This document shows positions 56,530-64,000 of a stretch of DNA of 64,000 nucleotides, one piece after another. The stretch covers positions 42,588 to 106,587 of the forward strand of contig JAFYHN010000043.1 in NCBI GenBank assembly GCA_017539165.1. Reading direction: 5' to 3'. The position numbers were made by a program, and so were the translations under genes. The stretch comes from Eubacterium sp. (lineage in GTDB: Bacteria > Bacillota > Clostridia > Lachnospirales > Lachnospiraceae). How positions within the stretch are numbered: the stretch's first letter is position 1; each line of letters begins with the position of its first letter. The notes under the pieces were generated by a model, which was not told the DNA's origin, made no database searches, and saw only the letters and a list, made by a program, of their open reading frames with translations.

Positions 56530-58572
56530 TTGAAGAAACTATTCATCGCTGAGAAACCATCCGTTGCCCAGCAGTTTGCTGAAGCCTTGAAGGTCAAGGG
56601 GGCAAGGAAGGATGGATTTATAGAAGATGATAATTATATAGTTACATGGTGTGTTGGTCATCTGGTCGGAATGAGTTATCCTGATGCGTATGATCCGGCA
56701 TTAAAGAGATGGTCTATGGATACGATTCCATTTATTCCAGAGACTTATAAGTATGAAGTTATTTCCACTGTAAGCAAACAGTTTAATGTGGTTAAGCAGT
56801 TGCTGAACAGAGAGGATGTTGAGACAATCTATGTGTGTACTGACTCCGGACGAGAGGGAGAATACATCTATCGACTGGTTGATATGCAGGCAGGAGTTCC
56901 GAAGGATAAGGACAGACGAAGAGTCTGGATTGATTCACAGACTGAAGAGGAGATTCTTAGAGGAATCAAAGAAGCTAAGCCTCTTTCAGAATATGACAGT
57001 CTTGGGTGCTCGGCATATCTGAGAGCTAAAGAAGATTATCTGATGGGAATAAACTTCTCGCGTGCGCTTACTCTTAAGTATTCATATCCTGTTAAGCAGT
57101 ATCTTGGTGTGGACAAATGTGTCATAGCGGTTGGACGTGTTATGACGTGTGTTCTGGGAATGATCGTAAAGAGAGAACGCGAGATAAGAGATTTTGTTCC
57201 GACACCTTTCTATAGAGTAGTTGCAAGTATAGGTAAGAAAATTGATGAAGCAGACAATACAACACTCTTTGAGGCAGAATGGAAAGCTGTGGAAGGAAGT
57301 ATATACTTCAACAGTCCGAAGCTCTATAAGGAAAATGGATTCAAGGAAAGGGTTGATGCAGAACAGCTGATAGAATATTGCGACAATCCGGTTCCTGTGG
57401 AAATGAAGATAAAGAGTCTTACTAAGAAGACGGAGAAAAAGAATCCACCTATGCTTTACAATCTGGCGGAGCTTCAGAATGACTGTTCCAGACTCTTCAA
57501 GATAAGCCCGACAGAGACACTTAATACGGTTCAGGAATTATATGAAAAGAAGATGGTCACATATCCGAGAACCGATGCGAGAGTTCTTTCGACTGCAATC
57601 TCAAAAGAGATAGATAAGAATCTGAGAGGGCTTTGCAACTTCCAGAAGCTTGCGCCATTTGCACAGAACATTCTTAATCAGGGTGGATATAAAGGAATTG
57701 CAAAATCCAAGTATGTAAATGACAAACTGATAACTGATCACTATGCCATAATACCAACAGGACAGGGACTTGGACAGCTTGGAAAACTTACGGCTATTCA
57801 GGCCAAGGTTTATGAGATAATAGCAAGAAGATTCCTTTCTATATTCTATCCGGCTGCAGAGTATCAGAAGATAAGTATGGTGCTTACTAGAAGGACAGAG
57901 GAGTTTAATGCTTCGTTTAAAGTCCTTTCTAAACCGGGTTATCTGGTCATAGCAGACCCGAACTTCGGAAAGAAGAAAGAACAGGCTTCTGAGGGTGCTT
58001 CGGAAGATGAAAAGAATACACAGGAACAGGCTGCTACTGAAGAGGTACTTGAGTATATTTCCAGCCTGAGAAAAGGAAGTACACTATCCTGCAACGGATT
58101 TGAGATAAAAGAAGGAAAGACAAGTTCACCGAAGAGATATACTTCGGGCTCGATGATCCTGGCTATGGAGAATGCGGGTCAGCTGATAGAAGATGAGGAG
58201 CTTCGTGAACAGATAAAAGGAAGCGGTATTGGAACATCAGCGACTCGAGATTCGATTATTACAAAGCTTGTAACAAATAAATATATTAATCTTAATAAGA
58301 AGACACAGGTGCTTACACCGACGTTTTTAGGGGAGATAATATACGATGTTGTTTTATATTCAATAAATGGACTTCTTAGAGCTGACCTTACTGCAAGTTG
58401 GGAAAAGGGACTCACGGGAGTTGCGGATGGAAGTATATCTGAAGAAGAATACATGAGTAAACTGTCGGATTATGTGGTGAAGTATACCAATGCGGTGAAG
58501 GCGGTTAGGAATCAGAATCAGATGCATGTGATCTTCGATAAGACGAAGCCGTTTTACGTGAAATCCAAATAA
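56530..58572 (+). CDS. topB: DNA topoisomerase III (type IA)
   Basis: IAEKPSVA, TWCVGHL, TDSGREGE, GRVMT, LYNLAELQ, TYPRTD, DHYAIIPT, GIGTSATR. TTG start. Confidence 0.93.
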   Translation: MKKLFIAEKPSVAQQFAEALKVKGARKDGFIEDDNYIVTWCVGHLVGMSYPDAYDPALKRWSMDTIPFIPETYKYEVISTVSKQFNVVKQLLNREDVETIYVCTDSGREGEYIYRLVDMQAGVPKDKDRRRVWIDSQTEEEILRGIKEAKPLSEYDSLGCSAYLRAKEDYLMGINFSRALTLKYSYPVKQYLGVDKCVIAVGRVMTCVLGMIVKREREIRDFVPTPFYRVVASIGKKIDEADNTTLFEAEWKAVEGSIYFNSPKLYKENGFKERVDAEQLIEYCDNPVPVEMKIKSLTKKTEKKNPPMLYNLAELQNDCSRLFKISPTETLNTVQELYEKKMVTYPRTDARVLSTAISKEIDKNLRGLCNFQKLAPFAQNILNQGGYKGIAKSKYVNDKLITDHYAIIPTGQGLGQLGKLTAIQAKVYEIIARRFLSIFYPAAEYQKISMVLTRRTEEFNASFKVLSKPGYLVIADPNFGKKKEQASEGASEDEKNTQEQAATEEVLEYISSLRKGSTLSCNGFEIKEGKTSSPKRYTSGSMILAMENAGQLIEDEELREQIKGSGIGTSATRDSIITKLVTNKYINLNKKTQVLTPTFLGEIIYDVVLYSINGLLRADLTASWEKGLTGVADGSISEEEYMSKLSDYVVKYTNAVKAVRNQNQMHVIFDKTKPFYVKSK

Positions 58573-58581
58573 ATTGACGCG

Positions 58582-58775
58582 GCAAGTTATGTATGCTTGT
58601 GCGAGAGCATGTTTGTTCGACATCGCTTTCGCTCATGGCGGGCTCTCCCGAACGGGCGTTCCGCGTTGCTCCACTCGCTAAGCTCTCACTTCGTGCCCCG
58701 GCACTTGTGAATCGCTAAGCGCCGCGACCCTTATGGTCTCACATACATGCTTCGCACATTGCTATCTTAACTTGC
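58582..58775. repeat. GC-rich multi-hairpin intergenic element with imperfect terminal inverted repeats (REP/MITE-like or ncRNA)
   Basis: GCAAGTTA/TAACTTGC ends; TGTGCGAGAGCATGTTTGT pairs with ACATACATGCTTCGCACA; several internal mini-hairpins. Confidence 0.6.
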
Positions 58776-58848
58776 TTCGAGAGGGGAAAGATATTAGGAT
58801 TTCACTTAAAATATTGAGAAGAGAAGAATGAATTGATATGGAGGAAAT

Positions 58849-59550
58849 ATGAAAAACGCAGATTTATTGAAAATTGAAAATATGTACGATCTTGAGCATA
58901 CGGAGGCGAAGGCTCTTCTGAGCACGCTTAATTATCCGTGGGAGGCTCTTCCGAAGATTAAGGATCTGATCCTTGAGCTTGGTGCAAAGATTGATGCGAG
59001 TGAAGAGCTTTCAAAGGAGTATGTGAAGCGTGGGGATGATGTGTGGATCCACAAGAACGCTACAGTTTTTGATAGTGCATATATTGCGGGACCTTGTATA
59101 ATAGGAGAGGGTACTGAAGTAAGACAGTGTGCTTTCATAAGAGGTTCGGCTCTGGTTGGAAAGAACTGTGTTGTAGGTAATTCTACGGAGCTTAAGAATG
59201 TTATCATCTTTGATAATGTTCAGGTTCCTCATTATAATTATGTAGGAGATTCTATATTGGGCTATAAGTCTCATATGGGAGCGGGTTCTATCACATCTAA
59301 TGTTAAGTCAGATAAGACTCTGGTTGTAGTTAAGGGGAATGATGAGTATTCTGACATCAACATTGAGACAGGACTTAAGAAGTTTGGCGCTATGCTTGGA
59401 GACCATGTTGAGGTTGGATGTAACAGTGTGCTTAACCCAGGAAGTGTGATAGGAAGGAATACTAATATATATCCGCTTTCACCTGTCAGGGGATTTGTTC
59501 CCGAGAATAGTATAGTGAAGACAGGAAATGTAATAGTTGAGAAAAAATAA
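58849..59550 (+). CDS. Hexapeptide-repeat (LbH) acetyltransferase resembling the C-terminal domain of GlmU
   Basis: GPCIIGEG..VR..AFIRG, VGNSTELKN, PHYNYVGDSILG, MGAGSITSN, KFGAMLGD. Confidence 0.8.
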   Translation: MKNADLLKIENMYDLEHTEAKALLSTLNYPWEALPKIKDLILELGAKIDASEELSKEYVKRGDDVWIHKNATVFDSAYIAGPCIIGEGTEVRQCAFIRGSALVGKNCVVGNSTELKNVIIFDNVQVPHYNYVGDSILGYKSHMGAGSITSNVKSDKTLVVVKGNDEYSDINIETGLKKFGAMLGDHVEVGCNSVLNPGSVIGRNTNIYPLSPVRGFVPENSIVKTGNVIVEKK

Positions 59551-59592
59551 TAGTAACTATTTATCAGGGTTTTAAAAGTAAAAGGGATTTAT

Positions 59593-60972
59593 ATGAAAAA
59601 GGAATTTAGAAAAATCAGATTGACAGCGGTATTGCTTGTTCTTTGTACCGTTCTTTCATCTTTCGGTCACATTAATGCGGCTGATTCGAAGAAGGCGGCT
59701 GATACAAGCAATGGGACGACTTCAAAGACAGTAAAAGATTTTATCGAAACTCTTCTGAAACCGGTAGGTACTACTATGTACATTTACGGCGGTGGATGGA
59801 ATGAAGAGGATACAGGTGCGGGCAAGGAGGCGAGAACTCTGGGACTTTCTCCTAAGTGGGCTGAATTTGCCGCTAAGCAGACTTCTTCATATAATCACAA
59901 GGATTATAATTACAAGACGGATGTCAGTGTAATTCATCTGGGACTTGACTGTACTGGTTATGGTGGTTGGGCTCTCTATAATGTTTTGGAGACAAAGAAT
60001 AACAGACCTGGTTATGTGGATTATGATAACAAGGTTCTTGAAAGACTTCAGAGTTCGGGTTATGGAACCCTCAAGATGGCTTCATCGGTTTCTGACTATA
60101 AACCTGGAGATATCATGAACAATGATGAACATATGTGGATTGTTGTAGGCAGTTGCGATGATGGAAGCGTTGTGCTTCTTCATGCCAGTCCTCCAGGAGT
60201 TCAGATCTCCGGAACAGCTACTCCATCAGGGGACAGAAATTCACAGGCAAATGTACTTGCAACATACTACATGAAGAAGTATTATAGCAGTTGGTATCAG
60301 AGATTTCCTGACAGTAGCAGAAGTGCTTCATATCTTTCAGGATATGATCAGTACAGATGGAATGGTAAGAAAGGTCTTACAGATCCTGATGGATACCTTT
60401 CCAAGAGTGCATACATGGTCCTTAAGGATATATTTGGAACGGCTCCCGCTGGATTCACTGATTCAAGACATACTCAGTTTGTAAATGATAAGAAGCCTGG
60501 CTGGAAGAAGGATAGCAAAGGCTGGTGGTACAGAAAGAAGGATGGTACCTATCCTAAGTCACAGTGGCTGAGTATTAAAGGGGTTAAATATTTCTTCGAT
60601 AAGTATGGCTATATGGTTACCGGCTGGAAGAAGATAAAGGGTAAGTGGTACTACTTCAATACAGATGGCAGATTTGTAAAAGGCTGGAAACTGATAGATG
60701 GAAAATGGTACTATTTCAAAGCAAAAGGTGTGATGGCGACTGGCATTATCACAGTAAAGGGTAAGAAATATTACCTTAGACCGAACGGAAGCATGCTCAC
60801 TGGCTGGAAGAAGATAAAGGGTAAGTGGTACTACTTTGAAACTTCCGGAGCTATGGCAAAAGGCTGGCGACTGATAGATGGTAATTGGTATTATCTGAAA
60901 AGAGACGGCAGTATGGCTGCTTCTCAGTATGTAAATGGATACTATCTTGGCCCGGACGGAGCAATGAGATAG
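59593..60972 (+). CDS. Secreted NlpC/P60-like cell-wall hydrolase with C-terminal choline-binding-type wall repeats
   Basis: Signal peptide; GLDCTGY (Cys), EHMWIV (His); about seven GW..I.GKWYY repeats. Confidence 0.75.
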   Translation: MKKEFRKIRLTAVLLVLCTVLSSFGHINAADSKKAADTSNGTTSKTVKDFIETLLKPVGTTMYIYGGGWNEEDTGAGKEARTLGLSPKWAEFAAKQTSSYNHKDYNYKTDVSVIHLGLDCTGYGGWALYNVLETKNNRPGYVDYDNKVLERLQSSGYGTLKMASSVSDYKPGDIMNNDEHMWIVVGSCDDGSVVLLHASPPGVQISGTATPSGDRNSQANVLATYYMKKYYSSWYQRFPDSSRSASYLSGYDQYRWNGKKGLTDPDGYLSKSAYMVLKDIFGTAPAGFTDSRHTQFVNDKKPGWKKDSKGWWYRKKDGTYPKSQWLSIKGVKYFFDKYGYMVTGWKKIKGKWYYFNTDGRFVKGWKLIDGKWYYFKAKGVMATGIITVKGKKYYLRPNGSMLTGWKKIKGKWYYFETSGAMAKGWRLIDGNWYYLKRDGSMAASQYVNGYYLGPDGAMR

Positions 60973-60988
60973 TTTTTATGGGGGATAT

Positions 60989-61759
60989 ATGAAAGACGGT
61001 ATTATTGTTGTTAATCATGGAACAGTTAATCTGGAGGCGCGTCAGCGTACTCTTGATGAATTTGTGCTTTCTATCGGCGACCGTTTTGAGGAAGCTGATA
61101 TAGCTTGTGCATATACAGACAGTAATGTTCGAAAGGCTCTTCGTGATATAACGGGAGAACGCGTTCAGAATGTTAAGGCTGCTATGCTTTCCATGAAGGA
61201 ACGCGGTATATCACATCTTACAGTTGTAACTACGGACATCATAGAAGATGAAAGCAATATGCGGATGCGCGAAGAGATATCGTCTATTGCGAGTCTTTTT
61301 ACAGAAGTAAAGGTTTCGAAACCGCTTATTTCATCACTTTCTGATGCGGAAGTGACGGCAAGGGCGGTATATGGAGCATTTAAAGAGACAGTCGGAGAGG
61401 ATATATTGATCCTCGTGGCAGAAGGCGCAAAGAATGACGGCGTAGAGGAGATGGGGGCATTTGAAAAGGCTATGAAAGGTTTCATGAAGGATAGTCATGT
61501 TGCCACACTCAAGGGAGAACGTCGTCTCTATAAAGTTATAAAAGAGCTGAAGAATGCCGGCATGCATTCAGGAAGAATCGTTTTGGTTCCTCTGGAGTTT
61601 GTGGCCGGAGAAGAGATAGAAAATGAATTGTCCAGAGAGTACGCAGGACTTGTTGCGCGTCTTGAGGAAGACGGATATACGGTTGAAACGTTATTCAAAG
61701 GACTGGGAGAATATGATGAGTTTCAGAGACTATTCCTGAGACACATTTACTCTGCATAG
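60989..61759 (+). CDS. CbiK-like class II chelatase homologue with substituted catalytic His residues
   Basis: IIVVNHGT, IACAYT, LVPLEFVAGEE, FKGLGEYDEFQRLFLRH match the CbiK layout. Confidence 0.7.
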   Translation: MKDGIIVVNHGTVNLEARQRTLDEFVLSIGDRFEEADIACAYTDSNVRKALRDITGERVQNVKAAMLSMKERGISHLTVVTTDIIEDESNMRMREEISSIASLFTEVKVSKPLISSLSDAEVTARAVYGAFKETVGEDILILVAEGAKNDGVEEMGAFEKAMKGFMKDSHVATLKGERRLYKVIKELKNAGMHSGRIVLVPLEFVAGEEIENELSREYAGLVARLEEDGYTVETLFKGLGEYDEFQRLFLRHIYSA

Positions 61760-61794
61760 ATAAAGCGAAGATTTCTTAAGGAGAAGAAAATCGT

Positions 61795-63156
61795 ATGAGG
61801 ATTATTATAGCCGGTTGCGGCAAGGTTGGACAAAGTCTTGCTGAAAGGCTTACGGATATCGGACATGAAGTTACGGTTATGGATAAGAACTATGATCATC
61901 TGTCAAATGTTACCAATTCGGCAGATGTTATGGGTTTCCAGGGAGACTGTACCAGTGTAAATAATCAGGTTGAAGCAGGTATTAAAAAAGCTGACCTTCT
62001 GATAGCCGTTACTGACAATGATGAGATAAATATGCTTACCTGTCTTATAGCTAAAAAGGCAGGTGAGTGTCAGACTATAGCGAGAATCAGAAGTCCGCAG
62101 TACACCGATGAGATAGGATATCTCAAAGAGGAACTCGGACTTTCCATGTGTATAAATCCCGAAATGGTAGCGGCTGATGAAATGGTACGACTTATACAGA
62201 TTCCATCAGCTCTCGAGGTAGATACATTTGCTAAGGGAAAAGTCAGTCTTATAGGTATTGAGATTCCGGAAGAGTCGGTATTGGATGGACTTGCAATACG
62301 AGATCTCTCAGGCAAGATAGGTACTAATTCGCTTATCTGTGTTGCGGAACATGATGGGAATATCGTTATTCCTCGAGGGGATTATGTACTTCATGCGGGA
62401 GATAAGATATCTGTTACACTTTCAATGAGTGATGTAAGTACATATCTTAACAAGATTGGTATCAAGGCGAGAAAGATCAAGAATATACTTATAGCAGGTG
62501 GTGGAAAGATATCGTATTATCTTGCCAAGAAACTGCTTGCTCTCAGAGTAAATATAAAGATTATAGAAAAAGACAGAGCCAGATGTGAGGAGCTTGCTGA
62601 ACTGCTTCCGAAGGCTATGATAATCTGCGGTGATGCTACAGATAAGAAGCTTCTTGAGCAGGAATCGGTAGAAGATATGGATGCAGTATGCGGCCTTATG
62701 CATCAGGATGAGGCAAATATCATGCTCTCGCTTTATATGAATAAGGTTAATCCTAAGGCAAAGATGATCACGAGGATTCACAGAAATTCTTATGAAGATC
62801 TTGTTACAGGACTGCAGGTTGGCAGTATAGTCAGTACCAAGAGTATAACTGCTGATTATATAGCAAGATATGTTCGTTCTATGCAGAATTCCATGGGAAG
62901 TGAAGTTGAAGCACTTTATAGAATTATGGATGGTAAGGTTGAGGCTCTAGAACTTAATGTCGGTGAAGATTTCACACAGGTAGGAGTAGAGATCAAAGAT
63001 CTGAAACTTGTTAACAACATTCTTATATGCTGTATTAACCGAAAGGGTACGATTATCCGTCCGGGAGGACGTGATACTCTTGAAATCGGTGATTCGGTAA
63101 TCGTTGTTACTACAAATACAGGAATAAACAGTATACATGAGATAATCAAGTCCTGA
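61795..63156 (+). CDS. trkA: Trk potassium uptake system RCK subunit
   Basis: Two RCK_N/RCK_C pairs: IIAGCGKVG, IAVTDNDEIN, ILIAGGGKI, IIRPGG. Confidence 0.93.
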   Translation: MRIIIAGCGKVGQSLAERLTDIGHEVTVMDKNYDHLSNVTNSADVMGFQGDCTSVNNQVEAGIKKADLLIAVTDNDEINMLTCLIAKKAGECQTIARIRSPQYTDEIGYLKEELGLSMCINPEMVAADEMVRLIQIPSALEVDTFAKGKVSLIGIEIPEESVLDGLAIRDLSGKIGTNSLICVAEHDGNIVIPRGDYVLHAGDKISVTLSMSDVSTYLNKIGIKARKIKNILIAGGGKISYYLAKKLLALRVNIKIIEKDRARCEELAELLPKAMIICGDATDKKLLEQESVEDMDAVCGLMHQDEANIMLSLYMNKVNPKAKMITRIHRNSYEDLVTGLQVGSIVSTKSITADYIARYVRSMQNSMGSEVEALYRIMDGKVEALELNVGEDFTQVGVEIKDLKLVNNILICCINRKGTIIRPGGRDTLEIGDSVIVVTTNTGINSIHEIIKS

Positions 63157-63183
63157 TAATTCAAAGAACTAAGGGAAATACAG

Positions 63184-64000
63184 ATGAATGCGCGGATAAT
63201 TATAAATACCATCGGCAGGTTGGTTCAGATAGTGGGAATACTTCTTATAATGCCTATCATAGCCGGATTTTATTTTTCTGAAAAGGCTGTGTTCAGTCTT
63301 GTTACGGTTGCGGGAGCTTCTCTCATTATAGGAACGCTTCTTCGGGTCAAAAAGCCTGAGAAAACCCGTATAAGAGCCAGAGAAGGTTTTGTTATAACAG
63401 GTATGGCATGGGTGATTCTCAGTATAGTAGGAGCACTTCCATTTGTTTTTGCGGGTGCTATTCCTTCATTTACTGATGCGGTATTTGAAACAGCTTCCGG
63501 ATTTACTACTACTGGAGCAAGTATAATCACAGATCTAACGGCTATTCCAAAATGTCTTCTCCTTTGGAGAAGTTTTACTCATTGGGTTGGTGGAATGGGA
63601 ATATTAACATTTATGCTTATATTCATACCATCGAATGCTGATGAGATGAATATCATGAGGGCAGAAAGCCCGGGACCTTCTGTTGAAAAAATGGTTCCAA
63701 AGGTAAGGGAAACGGCTCTTATTCTGTATAGTATCTATACAGTCATGACAGTATTTCTTATTACTGCTTTATTCATAGCTGGAATGCCTTTATTTGATTC
63801 AATATGTATAGCGTTTGGTACAGCGGGTACCGGAGGATTTGGTCTGAGAGGAGATAGTATAGCTAGTTATAATACTAATTGTCAGACTATAATAACGATC
63901 GGCATGATCATGTTCGGTGTTAACTTCAGTGTTTATTACATGCTGATCAAAAAGAAGTTTTATGATGTTCTGCATTCGGAAGAAGTAAGGTGGTATCTGA
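63184..64000 (+). CDS. trkH: Trk potassium channel subunit (3'-truncated by window edge; absent from ORF track)
   Basis: ATG 63184, open to the end: REGFVIT, FETASGFTTTGA, HWVGGMG, ESPGP, AGTGGF. Confidence 0.93.
   Translation, partial: MNARIIINTIGRLVQIVGILLIMPIIAGFYFSEKAVFSLVTVAGASLIIGTLLRVKKPEKTRIRAREGFVITGMAWVILSIVGALPFVFAGAIPSFTDAVFETASGFTTTGASIITDLTAIPKCLLLWRSFTHWVGGMGILTFMLIFIPSNADEMNIMRAESPGPSVEKMVPKVRETALILYSIYTVMTVFLITALFIAGMPLFDSICIAFGTAGTGGFGLRGDSIASYNTNCQTIITIGMIMFGVNFSVYYMLIKKKFYDVLHSEEVRWYL

Noticed and set aside
1-64000. tRNA, rRNA, transposase, integrase or prophage genes
   Set aside because: None recognised by eye; tRNAscan-SE and ISEScan would be decisive.

Overview
A 64-kb, AT-rich chromosomal segment, almost fully coding and mostly on the + strand. 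Gene content, sigma-A-type promoters and a CIRCE element point to a Lachnospiraceae-like Firmicute; the taxon is an inference. Housekeeping genes: pyk, mgtE, gltX, mreB/mbl, recD2, comF, ddl, plsC, malQ, tatD, pdxK, topB, trkA and a partial trkH. RNA and regulatory features: a 6S RNA with a consensus promoter and a CIRCE-controlled Hsp20. Signalling and transport: three two-component systems, a LacI-sensor diguanylate cyclase, a CUT2 sugar ABC transporter, a MacB/FtsX-like ABC transporter and several secreted or wall proteins. I saw no tRNA, rRNA, CRISPR array, transposase or phage gene. Most interesting observations: (1) a coupled pair of a DUF3863-like barrel protein and a 70-aa CxxC/CxxC protein; (2) a gltX-mreB block encoding an acidic membrane-tethered disordered protein, a DivIVA-like coiled coil with Cys every 11 residues and an output-less PocR/GAF sensor; (3) a CbiK-like protein with both catalytic His replaced by Glu, upstream of trkAH; (4) two unexplained structured intergenic elements, after pyk and after topB; (5) a YdjG/YdjH-like envelope-stress module with an uncalled 56-aa ORF. 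All family assignments come from motif recognition by eye; no searches were run.
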